This document shows positions 22,279 to 35,215 of a DNA stretch of 64,000 bases, piece by piece (positions within the stretch are counted from its first letter, which is position 1; every line of letters starts with the position of its first letter). The DNA lies in NCBI GenBank assembly GCA_010093995.1, contig ML992516.1:185413-249412 (forward strand), read 5' to 3'. The DNA comes from Elsinoe ampelina (taxonomy: Eukaryota). The notes below the pieces were generated by a model that ran no database searches, had not been told where the DNA came from, and saw only the letters and a program-made list of their open reading frames with translations. A program made the translations under genes and the position numbers.

Positions 22279-23345
22279 GTTGCTCTCTGAGCACTGAAAT
22301 CAGCCTTTAGATATTTGCCTCGGTCACGCGAGTGGAATCAAGAAGTGTCTGTCCAGTCCATTCAATGTCACCGACAAAACATGATGCGCGGCAAGGTGAA
22401 AAGTGAAGAGAACCTCGATGTGGGAGATGGTAAACACTGCTGCCACCTACCTGCGCGTGATTACACGAATCTGATGTCCAGACAGACATCCCGGGAGTTG
22501 ATCACGTTCAGGTGTGGGTTTACGCCAGCCACTCCCCGCCAAGGATTTTTCCTACTGTGTGTCAGTCACCGGGGCGAGACGATCAGCGTGACCATCTCTT
22601 CTAATCATCAGACATCAAATTCATGGCGTCGTCATTTTGTTCAGCCCTATGGTTGATCAAGGCATTATCGGACCTTGCCCTCATTGCCGACGTTGACATC
22701 GTTGAAAGCTACACCCAAAAGAGCTGACTGCCTAGATTCACGGGTCCTGCCAATCGACTATACCAGGACAGCGGACATCGAGGCTCCATCTCCAGAACAT
22801 TAATTGTCATTCCATCAAGCCATTTGGTGATAACATGACCTCGATCGTCTACCAGTCAAGCCCCTTCGATGGACTTATCTTGGTTGATCAAACAAGATGT
22901 CTCTCAAAGACGCCTCATCCAAGCCCATATCAACGCTTCTACCCGTGGAGCAACCAGACAACTCCACAACCGCTCAATGAACGCATGGTACTCTTTAAGT
23001 TCATCTCAAATACTATGTCTGCATGAGGCTGTAAACGTTCATAATGTCAACCCAGATCACAGCCAATCTGGTGTAGGAACTTGGGTCAACGGGCGGGAAC
23101 CGGTTCATCGTCTGCCACTGAAAGCCTCGAATGCCATGGACAATTCGCCCAGAGTGTATCAGTTGTCGTCAAGGCTGTTGGATCTATAGCAGATCTTTAC
23201 CGGATGGTTGCAAAGCCGGTAGAGGTTCAAGAATGGTAGGTGATGGAATATGTATGCCATGTGGGACCCCTAGTCTATCTTTTTCACGAGCTCTTGATAT
23301 TTGCAGAGGCATTGACGACCTGCCTTACTTTAGCCTGTCGTCAAG

Positions 23346-25280
23346 ATGGAGTCGAAAGCTCATGTCGCTCGGGAAGTGAAGATTGGTACACAAACTTACC
23401 ATTACGAGCCTTATGACGTCTACTTCTGGTTTGGTGCCCTAGTGGTGCTCTTCCTTGCTGCAGGCATTCAGCGATGGCAGCAGTTCAGGTTGTGGCTAAG
23501 GTGCGCCCCAAGCGGAGGATGCATGTCCAAAACACTGTCACTGACCTTGACCAGATTACGGAGTGTCGCTGCTGGAGGACCCATTGCATTCAAGCCAACT
23601 AGTGTATTTGACAGAGTGTTTGTGCGTACCAGACAGATCTTCCGATCAATCGGCTATGCCCAAGCAACACCCAACTCCCGCGTCTTCAGCATGCCACCAC
23701 TGGGTACTACATTGCTCATCACTTGCTACGTTGCATTCCTGCTAGCCCTTGAATTTTACCCAACATCGACAGGCCTGGAGTCGAGCGGGTATCGTGCAGG
23801 ATGGCTTGCTATTGCTCAACTCCCCCTCCTCATTGCACTGATCAACAAGAACAATGTCATCACTCTCATGACAAGGATATCGTATGAGCGTCTAAACACC
23901 CTCCATCACTGGGTAGCTCGAGCTCTGCTCCTTCTGGCTCTGATTCACTTCGCTTACCTCTACGTCGCCTTCTCTCCTGACGGCTCGATCTTCGACTTGG
24001 AATGGACTGGCCGCCAATGCGTCCCTACCGGTCTCGCAGCGCTCTGTCTTCTCATCTGGATCAACCTCTCCACCCTGGCCCCAATTCGGCGTCTGTGCTA
24101 CGAATTCTTTGTCATTCAGCACATCATTTGCTGGCTCGTCCTCATTGGTCTGCTCATCACCCACGTTCCCAGCTCAGAAGAGCCTCGCCTCAAGATCTAC
24201 CTCTACATCCCACTCACCTTGTATCTCATCGACCGCCTCTGGCGAGTTATCGTCCTCCTCCACCGCCGCTCCGTCGGCACACCAATCGCCACCCTCCAAC
24301 CCTTCCCCGACGACTCATCCTCCTCAGAAGGCTTCACCAAGATCACCATCCCCAAACCCAACTTCATCTGGCAACCAGGCAGCCATGTCCTCCTCTCCTT
24401 CCCGTCCTTCGCACCAGGCGAATCCCATCCCGCCACCATCGTCTCCACACCCACCTCGCACAACGGCGCCATCATCTGCCTCCTCAAAGCCGAAACCGGC
24501 TTCACCCGCATCCTCAGCCGCTACACCACCCGCACCGCCTCAGACACCACCCGCTCCACCGCCCAAGCCAAAGTCCTCATCGACGGACCCTACGCCAGCC
24601 ACTGCCCCTCCCCCGCGGCATTCGAATCCGTCCTCTTCATCGCCGCCGGCAGCGGAGTGACCTACACCCTGTCCCACCTGCAAGCCCTCGCCGAGCGCAT
24701 GGCGGCCGGCACATGCGTCCTGCCCGTGCGCAAAGTCCGCTTCGTCTGGGTCGTGCGCAGACTCTGCATCGTGCGCACCCTGCTCGGGGAAGTAGCGGGG
24801 GCGATCAAGCGGTTGGACGCCAAGGGTGTGGAGGTTTCGGTGCAGATCTACGTGACGGGGCGGGAGGAGAGTGCGCAGCAGGAGGAAGGAGGAGACGCGG
24901 GGAGCCGTGGCACGGATGGCTCGACGGGGGAGGACGAGAGGGGGATTGTCAAGGCTTTCACGCCGGTCATGGCGACGAGGGAGGCGAGTGTGGTTGCGGA
25001 TTCGCAGGATTTGGAAAAGGGGGAGTGGAGGTTGTATGCGGTTAGGATGCAGAGTGTGGTTGGGCAGGAGGGGCCGAGGTTGGCGGAGGTGAGGAGGGGG
25101 AGGCCGGGGGTTGGGGAGTCGGTGAGGGAGGTGGTGGATGGGGCGGAGGGGGAGGTGGGTGTTATTACGTGTGGGCCGGGGGGGTTTGTGAGGGATGTGA
25201 GGAATGGGGTGGCGGGATTGGGGTGGAAGGGGGAAGTAGGGGCGGGGGTGTGGTTGTGGGTGGAGGGGCAGGGTGCTTGA
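23346..25280 (+). CDS. Ferric/cupric reductase (FRE family)
   Basis: RAGWLAIAQLPL, KNN, SYERLNTLHHWVAR, YEFFVIQH, WQPGSHV, SHPATI, IDGPY, IAAGSGVT, CGPGGF. Probable in-frame intron 23501-23554. Confidence 0.9.
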   Translation: MESKAHVAREVKIGTQTYHYEPYDVYFWFGALVVLFLAAGIQRWQQFRLWLRCAPSGGCMSKTLSLTLTRLRSVAAGGPIAFKPTSVFDRVFVRTRQIFRSIGYAQATPNSRVFSMPPLGTTLLITCYVAFLLALEFYPTSTGLESSGYRAGWLAIAQLPLLIALINKNNVITLMTRISYERLNTLHHWVARALLLLALIHFAYLYVAFSPDGSIFDLEWTGRQCVPTGLAALCLLIWINLSTLAPIRRLCYEFFVIQHIICWLVLIGLLITHVPSSEEPRLKIYLYIPLTLYLIDRLWRVIVLLHRRSVGTPIATLQPFPDDSSSSEGFTKITIPKPNFIWQPGSHVLLSFPSFAPGESHPATIVSTPTSHNGAIICLLKAETGFTRILSRYTTRTASDTTRSTAQAKVLIDGPYASHCPSPAAFESVLFIAAGSGVTYTLSHLQALAERMAAGTCVLPVRKVRFVWVVRRLCIVRTLLGEVAGAIKRLDAKGVEVSVQIYVTGREESAQQEEGGDAGSRGTDGSTGEDERGIVKAFTPVMATREASVVADSQDLEKGEWRLYAVRMQSVVGQEGPRLAEVRRGRPGVGESVREVVDGAEGEVGVITCGPGGFVRDVRNGVAGLGWKGEVGAGVWLWVEGQGA

Positions 25281-26271
25281 GAGTGGGTATACTTGAGGTT
25301 TCTTCTGTTGATACTGCTGAGGTGTAAGATTAGAGATGCCCGGGAACGAGGCTGTACTATACATAATAGATCAAGTCGTACAAGGTCGCTGACATCCCGA
25401 TGCTTTTAGAGCAATGAACAGACAAGTTACGATCGACATGGTCAGTGGCTGGCCCAAATGTGGAGAAATTGTGCCGACCCAAGCGACGGCACGGTCCATT
25501 CTTTCTTTCTCTCTTTTTTGACTTTCAGGAACCACTTGAATCTGACTCGCCAGGCTCGTCGTGTTCCTGGCGGCGACAGACGAGGGGACGCTTGCGTGTT
25601 CCACTCTGAGACGGCCGTGACTTTCATCAGCATCCACGGCCGTTTCCTCTCGACAGCTTGTCACGACTTCAAAGTTTGCATACACTTCACCTTCTCCACT
25701 ACAATCTTCTCAGGGCATCTCGATGGATACCAGACTTGCTTACCGTAACTTACCTTGGAGGTCATTTCCGCAGATTTTCGAAATTACAACGCAATCCCAA
25801 CCAAGCTAGACATGCGGGCTCATGTGAATCTGCAAAGCTTGTCGCCCGTCCGCTGTTTCACAACACGCCACCCTGCTCCCTCCACCCACTCGGATTCCTC
25901 CATTCTCACAGTAGCCTTTGTCTTCAGCCTTTTCCGCGCCCGCCGAGATTGCTTGCATACCCATTTTCATCACCCATCTCACCTGGCCCATGTCCACAAT
26001 CACGGGAGAGCCCTTCCCTCACAACACTGCCCTGGTCGAGGTAGGTCTGAGCATGATGCGCCGACTGGCCGGGTTGCCAGTCAGGAACCATTTCTCCATA
26101 TCACCTGTGTTTCTTCCTCTGTCTGACTTTGCTCCCACCCACGTCTACCTCTGTCACTCATTCACTCGTTACAAGACTCTCTGAAGTCGTCCATTCTTTA
26201 CAGATAGCATTCACGACACAGGTCTGGGACCTCGGATTTCACTCTCTCTTCCAACTACCAACTCCGTCAAC

Positions 26272-27720
26272 ATGTCCATGAAGACCGTTGCTGTTTTGGC
26301 CTTGGCCTCTGGCTTTGCCAGCATTGCCAGTGCTCAATCATCTGGCTCTGGCAAGACCACTCGTTACTGGGATTGCTGCAAGCCTTCTTGCGGTTGGTCA
26401 GGAAAGGCTGACGTCTCTGCTCCTGTCGCCCAGTGCGATGTCAGTGGCAACCCATTGAAGGCTGGTGATGATACTCAGAAGAACGGTTGCGAGGCTGGAG
26501 GAAGTGCATACATGTGCAACGACCAGACACCTTGGGAGGTCAACGACAGCTTGGCTTATGGTTATGCCGCCGTCAAGCTCAGCGGTCAGGCCGAGAGTGC
26601 TAGCTGCTGTGCATGCTACGAGTAGGTGGACATGGATACTGGGTGTTGACATCGGACTAACATGTCTAGACTTACTTTCACGAGCGGTACCATCGCCGGC
26701 AAGAAGATGATCGTCCAGTCTACCAACACTGGTGGTGACTTGGGTGACAACCACTTCGACCTTGCCATCCCAGGTGGTGGTCTTGGTATCTTCGACGGCT
26801 GCTCCAAGTCGGTTCCTGCCGCCCAGCAGGGTCAACGCTACGGCGGTATCAGCGATGCCAGCTCTTGCGCGTCATGGGGTGCTCTCTCCGGTGGTTGCAA
26901 CTTCCGCTTCAGGTGGTTCGAGAACGCCGACAACCCGAGTGTCGACTGGAAGAGGGTTGCTTGCCCTGCTGAGCTCACTGCCAGGACTGGTTGCAAGCGT
27001 AATGACGACTCCAGCGCTCCAGCTGCCCCTGCTGCTCCTGCTGCCCCAGCTTCGTCTTCTTCCACCTACGTCGCTCCCGCCGAGACCCCTGCGCCAGCTC
27101 CTTCTTCATCTACCGCTCCTCCTGCCACCTCCGACATCATCTCTGCGCCAGCCGGTACCCTCCCAGCTGTCACCGAGGAGCCCGTCCCCAGCTCCACTAC
27201 CGCCGCCACTCCAGCCCCGACTGGCAACGCCTCCTGCGGACAGAAGGGCTACGACCTCCAGAACCCACCAACCTCGTACTTTGACGGTTCCGGGCAGTAC
27301 GCGACTTTCGACACATGCAAGGCTCTCTGCACCCAGCAGACCGCCCAGTCCTTCGGCTTCGGCAACGGCCAATGCCTCTGCTACCCTGCCCCGATCGCAG
27401 GCAACCTCAACCCGGTCGCGGACAGCCCCATTACCTTCTACGACATCAGCTGCACAGCCGATGCTCCTGCGCCATCCAGCTCCGTCCCTGCGTCCACCAC
27501 TGGTGCCGCAAGCACCTCCACCTCTGCTCCCGCCACCTCTGTCCCTACTGGTGCCGAGCCAGTCCCCACCGCCACCGATGAGGTCCCTGAGCCGACCGCG
27601 TCCGAGTACCCCGAGCCAACTGCCACTGATGTCTCGCCCGTGCCTACCGAGGCGCCGGAGCAGCCAACTGAGGCTCCTGCTTGCCCAGTCACCTACGTGA
27701 CTGTCTATGATGACGAGTAG
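26272..27720 (+). CDS. Secreted GH45 endoglucanase with P/A/S/T linkers and a C-terminal Cys-rich PAN/apple-like module
   Basis: Signal peptide; [42 protein letters not shown]. Intron 26622-26669. Confidence 0.95.
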
Positions 27721-28990
27721 ATGTTTGCAACTTCAGGGACGATATGGAAGGGGAGAGGAGGATGCTTCCAAGCGTGAAAATCAAGGTTCACTTCGGATTA
27801 TATATTCATAAATGTCTAGTTTCTCTCGGTGTGAGGACTTGAATTGAATCCAGTCTCTATTTTTTGTGTTCTGCTGTCGGTTGTGTTGAGTAATGGTCAT
27901 GTGATCTTCAAGTTCTGAACTCGAACGTTCCTCGCATCTACGTCCGCTCGCTGTGATGTACAGTATCTTGCCATGTTGTCAAACATACACACTGATCTCT
28001 ACTCGTTCAATTTTGGCGAAAGTATCATTCCCATCTTTCAAACTCGTAGCCCTCAGGCAGCTGCCAGCACGTTTCCCCTCCTTCAACGCCGTCGGCCCTG
28101 CAGCTTCTCCAGGCCTTCAGCTCCTAATCAAGACAGCAAAACTCCTTCCACGCGATACATGTACAATCCCCATAGCACAGACCTACCCTCTCCTTGCACC
28201 ACCCTCATACCTCGCCCAAAGTCCATCGCCCCCCCGAGTGCCATCCCAACCGGTACCTCCCCGTACCCTGCCCCAACCCACGTGTTGGGATCGACCCATC
28301 CCGCCAATCCCCTCACGGCCCGTCCCCCATCGTTCATCTGGACCATCTATCCACTACATCATCACGCAGCACCTCCTCGACAACCAACACTTGCCATCGC
28401 TTCTGACATCGCGATAGGCAAGTCCCGCCACATCAACTCGCCATCACTCGCGGAAGCACAGCACACGGCGTCGCTGCTCAGGCAAGTATGCATCCCCCTT
28501 CGCGGCCCCCCAGAGATGCGCCCCCCACGGTCCTCAGCCTCGTGGCCGTGGACGTCGCGCTAGTGTCCAGCTGGTTTTCCTGTCCCTTGTTGGCTGCGCT
28601 ATCTGCTTTGCACCGTCGTATCGAGGTTGCTCGCGACTGGTGGACGGGTGGGCTTGGGCCGGAGCTGGTGCATCTGGTCTGCTGCTAGGGAGGTGAGTTC
28701 GCTTAAACTGTGCTGTATTGGTTGGAGGGGAGGGGAGTTGGGTGAGGGGAGGGGAGACAGTGCTTGTGAGTACTTTGATCGTACGCAGGGTTTGTACTGT
28801 GCGGCTGCTGTAGGGTCTTGAGGTGGGTGAGGGTAGGATAGATACTGCGTCCTGGCCTGGTGGGTTGGGTTTTCTTTCTCCTCGTTGTAGAAGTCGTTGT
28901 ATCTTTCCCGTTCCAGTTCCATGCTGGAGACACTGATTGTGAGGGCTCATACTCTGGTATTACACGACGATCACTGCTGGGATTTAGGTC

Positions 28991-30320
28991 ATGGTTCTCG
29001 GGGGCTCGTTGACGCCTGGTCAGTTGCAGGCTATCACTGTCACGGAGAGGGTGAACTCGGCGATTTCTGTCGCGAGTATCATCTTTATTGCGATCACGTA
29101 TCTCACCGTAGCGGGCTTCAATAAGCCTATTAATCGACTCATCTTCTTTGCTGGGTTTGGAAATTTGGGGACATGTATCGCTGCTCTGATCGCAGATGCA
29201 GGACCGCTGGCGGGACAGGAGAGTAGTGTGTGTCAGGCGCAGGCATTTGTCGTTCAGATGTAGGTGACGAGATAGTGTTGAAGGTTCAAGCTTATAAGCA
29301 GCAGGTTCCTAGGTGTGGATGGACTATGGGCATTCTGTATGGCTATCAATGTCTATCTGGCCTTGTTCCAAGGGTACTCCGTCGAGCAATTCAAGCGACT
29401 GGATATGTGGTATCTGCTGTGTTGCTACGGCCTTTCCTTCCTCCCAGCATTCGTCTTTATCTTCGTCTCCGCCACGGATCGAGGTCGCATCTATGGCCCG
29501 GCGACAATCTGGTGTTGGATCAGCGAACGCTGGAATTTCATGCGATTCGCCTTTCTCTACGCTTGGATATGGCAAGACTTCCCCTATCCTACCACCTTGC
29601 CTCCTACTGACAGCCCCCAGGCTTGCCATCCTTTTCGCCCTCATCATCTACATCCGCGCCGCCCACCTCATCTACCGCCGTCGCCACCAGCTCTCAGGCT
29701 ACCTCAACCCCCTCAACGAATCTCCGTTCAAAGCCACCGTCACCACCTCCGTCGAAGTCACCAGCGAACCCTGCCTCTCCGCCCCAATGCCCATCGCCAG
29801 CGCCGCCCCTCCTCTCCCCTTCGACCCGGACCTCGAGACATCCATCCCGCAATATCACATCGACGTCGACGCCCAATCAACCCACAGCATCAAATCTCTC
29901 AATCACCCCGACGTTCCCTTTCCGGCCATGTTCCGCGTCCGATCCTACACCCGAAAAGTCGCAGAAGAAAGCATCAACCCCGACGCATGGCTGTACGCCC
30001 GCGTGGCATTCCTGTTCTACATTGCGCTGATCGTGACGTGGGTGCCGAGTAGTGTCAACAGAGTATACTCGCTCGTGAACCCGGGCAAGGTGAGCTGGGA
30101 ATTGAGCTACGTGGCGGGATTCATGTTTCCGTTGCAGGGGTTTTGGAATCTGGTGGTGTATTTGATCACGAGTCGGACGGCGTGTAAGGGGTTGGTGAGG
30201 ACGTGGTCGTGGAGGGTCAAGGGGGAGAGGCCGGAGGGGTTGAAGAGGCCGGAGGGGTTGAAGAGGCCGGAGGGGAGTAGGGAGAGGTTTGGGAGTGAGG
30301 ATGCTATTGTTTGGAGGTGA
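28991..30320 (+). CDS. cAMP-receptor-like G-protein-coupled receptor
   Basis: FNKPINRLIFFA, CQAQAFVVQMF, MAINVYL, IYGPATIWCWIS, TWVPSSVNRVY, PLQGFWNLVVY. Introns 29260-29304 and 29572-29620 (GC-AG). Confidence 0.88.
30226..30275 (+). repeat. 18-bp coding tandem repeat (RPEGLK x~3) in the GPCR tail
   Basis: AGAGGCCGGAGGGG(TTGA) at 30226, 30244, 30262. Confidence 0.9.
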
Positions 30321-30582
30321 TGGGATGAGGGGAGATGTATGATATGGATGTTTGTATACTAATCTCGAGCTTAATCTTTGATCGTTCACGTTCTGCTTAC
30401 ATGTGAGAGAAGGATGGGTCTACTTCCACACCACGGAGACCGAGGGCGGAGTTTCTGTGGAGCCAATGGGCAATTGCATCATCGTTTCTGGATTGGAGCT
30501 CGGGTTTTCCGCAGCGTCCCTGCAGCTCATTCTCAATCTTTCACTCCGCTCACATCTGTCCAATTGCACCTCTACAACAATC

Positions 30583-31651
30583 ATGTTCGCCAGGTCATTC
30601 CAGCGCACTGCGCGCATGGCACAGAGCGTGAGTCTTTCCACCTCCTAGCAGTCCGAGAGCTTCAAGCTTCAAGCAGTTCAAACCTCTACAGTCCAGCTGA
30701 CAAACACAGCAAATCCGCCGCTACGCGACTGAACCACCAAAATCCTCCTCCAATGCCCTCCTCTTCGGCGGTGTTGCCGCCGCCGCTGCCACAGGGACCT
30801 ACTACTACCTCAACAACGACACACCTGCCGCGGTGACTGACGCTGCCTCGAAAGTCGGCCTCACCCCCTCCAAGACCTTCAAAGGCGGCGACCAAGGCTT
30901 CGTCCCTCTCAAGCTCACCAACAACACCCAACTCAACCACAACACCTATAAACTCCGCTTCACCCTCGACGATGACAACGCCGTCTCCGGCGTCGACGTC
31001 GCCTCTGCCCTCATCACCAAGTTCAAAGGCCCAGACATGGAAAAGCCCGTCATCCGACCCTACACCCCGGTAAGCGATGAAGACGCCCGGGGCTACCTCG
31101 ACTTTATCATCAAGAAATACCCGGGCGGACCTATGAGCACGCACCTCGTCGACCTCAACCCAGGCGAGACACTCGAGATCAAAGGGCCCATCCCCAAATA
31201 CCGTTGGGAGCAGAACAAGCACGACCACATCGCGCTGATCGCAGGCGGCACCGGCATAACCCCCATGTGGCAGCTCTGCCGCGCCATCTTCAAGAACCCA
31301 GGCGACAAGACGAAAGTGACGCTCGTCTACGGCAGCGTGAGCGAGGACGACATCATCCTCAAGCAAGAGCTGGAGGAACTCGAGCGCTCATACCCGGAGC
31401 GATTCAGGGCTTTCTACGTGCTCGACAACCCGCCCAAGGGGTGGAAGGGCGGCAAGGGCTTCATCACAAAGGAGTTGTTGAAGACGGTGCTGCCGGGGCC
31501 GGGAGAGGGCAATGTCAAGGCTTTTGTCTGTGGACCGCCCGGGTTGTACAAGGCTGTCAGTGGGACGAAGAAGAGTCCGCAGGATCAGGGCGAGTTGGAG
31601 GGATATCTCAAGGAGCTGGGGTATGGGAAGGAGCAGGTTTACAAGTTCTAG
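30583..31651 (+). CDS. MCR1: Mitochondrial NADH-cytochrome b5 reductase 2
   Basis: Presequence [12 protein letters not shown]. Intron 30628-30709. [48 protein letters not shown]. Confidence 0.9.
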
Positions 31652-32104
31652 AGGGTGGAAGGGGGAATGTACAGTGGGGGATAGATATAGAATTCATGAT
31701 CAACAGTTATCGATCTGAGATACGGCGTGCCTATATGAGAATTGTCTACCTTAACCCGAGCTTATGTCCACGTTTCGCAGAAGGGGATCCTGCCCGGACA
31801 CCGGGCTTATATACCGATGAGCAAGGAGTAGCGACAGCATCACACCAGCGCCAATTCCTTTCCAATAAACGAGGAGGTGACCTACCATGATATGATACCA
31901 GCACACGCAGTGACGACTTCCGAAAGCAAAGCGACAGAAAGGCCTGAACAGAGAAACCCAATTTTTCATTATCATCACACTTTCCTCAGACCAAATTTCC
32001 CATACCACATGCCTTGCCCAATTCTATCGTACAATGCCCCCCCCCCCCCCAAAGCATCACATTACTTGTCGTCCCCTTCCCCCCACCAGACCAGCCCAAG
32101 CTCA

Positions 32105-34161
32105 CTAAAAACTCATAACCACACTAGCCCTCACGCACGCATCGACCAGTTCCCGCCTGAACCCCGGCGCCCTCCCCAGGCAAACACTCCCCAACACCAA
32201 CCCCTTCATCAACTTTGCCACCTCGATCGTCACGTTGATGATCTCCTCCCCGGGCACCGGTTTACCGCTCATCAGACTCTCCACGGACGTCACGCTGCTC
32301 GCGCTCCCGGCGCTACCCCCGCCGCGTCCCTCGCTCCCCGCCCCCGAGCCGGCGCCCGAACTCACCCGCCCTGCCGACGGCGGGGAGGCGGCTTCGTAGC
32401 TCGCTGTCCCTGGGATGGTGAAGAAGTGCAACGCCGGGCTGTCCATGAGGTCTGTCAGGGAGCCGAGGTCGAGTTGGCCGAGGTCGGCGCTGTAGAGGCC
32501 TAGGCTTGCTAGGTCCAGGTTGCCCGTGCTGGGGCGGGCGGAGGCGTTGTTGGGTGGTGCTTCGCGGTCGGTGATGCGGGCGGGGGAGACGGCGTCGAGG
32601 AAGCGGCGGTGGAATTCTTCGGCTGCTTCGAGCGGGGGCGTCGAGGGGTCGAGGGAGGCGATGTGCGCTTCCACACGGGTGAGGTGGGCCGGGGAGGTGA
32701 GGTAGGAGATGGGTAGGCGGGCGTGGATGAATGAGTTGGCGCCGTCGACTTTGATGCCTCGTTGGTGGAGGTAGCCTTGGACGTCGTGGGGGTCGAGCCA
32801 TTCGCCTTCGAACCCGGGGATGGTCGAGGCGATGGTGTCGAGGAGGGCGGCGGTGGGGGCGGGTGGGGTGGTGCGCCGGCAGCCGGAGCGGTCGTCGAGG
32901 AAGTGGAGACCTGCACCTCCGACGTGGGATAGGGGCGATTGGACTGAGTCTAGGGTGTCGTTGATTGTGCGTTTAAGTGCGAGGGCAAAGGCTTGACGCA
33001 TGACGGCATGAGATCGGCCAAGCAGTTGTGTAAGACGGAAGACGCGGTTGTATGTTTGCGGAGCGCGAGATGGGTCGTTGATGAGTTCCCAACCAGTCTC
33101 GATGCAGCCACGTTGAAGGCGGCGCGCGAATGACTTTTCAAACTGGGCGTATGTGCGCTGTGGAATGAGGCTTCTTGAGCGAGGTACCAGAGAAGACTCG
33201 TAATTGGATGTGTCGAGGAAAGGTTGGGCGATGTGGGAGAGTTGTGACTCGAGTTGCTGCTCTTCCGTGAGGATCTCATCTTTCGCCGAGTGCACAGGAG
33301 AAGGATAGAGGCTAGGTCCCAGGAAAGGTACCGGATGTGGAGCTTGGTAGTCCTGATGAGAACTATGACTATCGATGGGACTTGACAGTTTCGTGTCTGT
33401 CTCTTGATAGTCTTGTGACATGTCCTGTGACATGTCTTGTCCGTTGAGCATCATGGAGTATCCCATACCGATATCGACATGCTCGTCTTGAATTGCGCTC
33501 TCCGTCACGTCATTGTATGTCCCATTCAGAGGATCGACAGTGACAGCGCTGATGTTCTGTATGAGCTCCGATCCAGGTACGTGAGGGAATTTGCCAGGGT
33601 TCCTCGCGGTTGTGACGAATGGTGCAAGCTTCTGTACCATCTCATCCAGCTCCGATTTTGTCTGCTGTGGCAGACCTCGTCTATTTGCATTCTTCGCAAA
33701 GTCTTGCAATGATCTGTTCATCATCTCGATTGTGGTGGTGAGCTCGGATACTCTTTGGCGCAACTCGTCGATTGTGGTTTCCTTTCTTTGGCGATATGCT
33801 CGCTGAGCGAGTCGGATCTGTGTCCGCCGACGCTGGAAGACTTGTCAGAGCCATGCTTGCGACGGTGAGGTGGGTTTTGAACGAGGACGCGCATCCACAG
33901 CGAGTGTAAAGTTGATGATCGCCGAGACGTTGTGTCTCGAGGTTACATGAGACCACACAGTCGTCTGCATTGCGTACACATATTTGAAGACAATGCTGTT
34001 GAGTGATCATACGAGTAACTCACCTCTGCAGCGGATTCATCCTTGGAGTTCTTGCGTGGTCGTCCTCGAGGCTTCTCATCTATGTCGGCTTCGGCCGCCT
34101 TGCGCTTTCGGCCCTTTGAAGGTAGGGCAGTAGTAGTCATGGTGGCAGCGACGGTAGCCAT
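32105..34161 (-). CDS. bZIP transcription factor with AT-hook-like motif
   Basis: KPRGRPRK. Intron 33833-34023 joins AAE|RRRTQIRLAQRAYRQRKETTI. Also FARRLQRGC, GEWLDPHDVQGYL, CLGRAPGFRR. Confidence 0.88.
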
Positions 34162-35215
34162 GATGGGTGTAGATTATGTCGAAAGGTTGGCGAAGAGGTC
34201 GGTAACGTCTCCTTTTGTCGGAGGTGATCAGGGAGAAAAGGCAGAGACAATTACAACATTCTAGATCGGTTACTGACCACGAACCGTTGGAGATGGAGGG
34301 CAGAGACAGATGCAGAGGATACAAGCCAGTACCCGGTCAGATTAGGGTGCATGGAACTTACCAATCGCCCCACGCCAAAGCGTTTGTACGGCCGTTCGTC
34401 CTTCGATCCAGCAACAATGCGTGGAAGCTCCCAGGGTTCGCGCGAAGTGGAAAGAGGGGTGGTGTAGGGCCAGTCTCAGCGAGAAAAAGCGATGAGTGAT
34501 CAGGAAATGTCGCAGGACCGTGGACCGTGGACCGGCGCAGCGTTTGGTTTTCGTGGCATGTTCCGCCCGATTCGATGGCGGTCGACATTCTGGCAGATGC
34601 CGGATCTCTCTTAGTAAGATGCAGCTAAAAGATGCATCACGGAGGAAAGACTGGCCGTTCTCGAACGGCCATGGAAGGTACCCGGTACGTCAACGGATGT
34701 ATGCCCTAATTCACCCTTGAGCAGTAACTTTGCCGTCAAGTTGTCCAGGAACCGGACCACTGTCGGATGCGAACCCGACAGCACGCAGGCGAAACATGTG
34801 AAGGATCTCATCAGCCCTGGATCGATGTTGAAGGGTGTCCAACTTATTTCGAGCACAAGTTGACGACAAGGTACCTTTGTCACCGCACAGCATTCGCTAC
34901 CAATGTCGGGAGATTGACGGATCTTGCGCGTTAAGCTTAACCGTCTCAAGGATTGTGCGCTTGGACATCTCATGCCTTTTCAAAGTCGAAAGCTTCCCCT
35001 GCACGGGTACACCCACGTCCATGCGATGCGCGTGGCAGACGGTTTTATCTCCCGCTACCAGGTAAAGGTTGTGCCACGTTCCATTGTGGTGAACCGTCAC
35101 GCGAGCGTTGGGAACGATGAATCGGATTAGGATCGATAGGTGTCGATGATATATGCATGGCGTTGTCGTCTGGTTACGCGTATCTGCTATCTTCTACCAC
35201 CACATGCGTGCTGTT

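Noticed and set aside
27953..28950. Possible small gene between GH45 and the GPCR
   Set aside because: Several short ORFs on both strands in a skew tract; I could not build a convincing spliced model.
33833..34023. Unusually long (191 nt) bZIP intron as a snoRNA host or HAC1-type intron
   Set aside because: Ordinary GT-AG ends, no convincing C/D or H/ACA boxes, and the protein is not HAC1-like.
34711..35100. Two same-frame minus ORFs split by one stop (possible pseudogene)
   Set aside because: No recognisable homology; compatible with chance.
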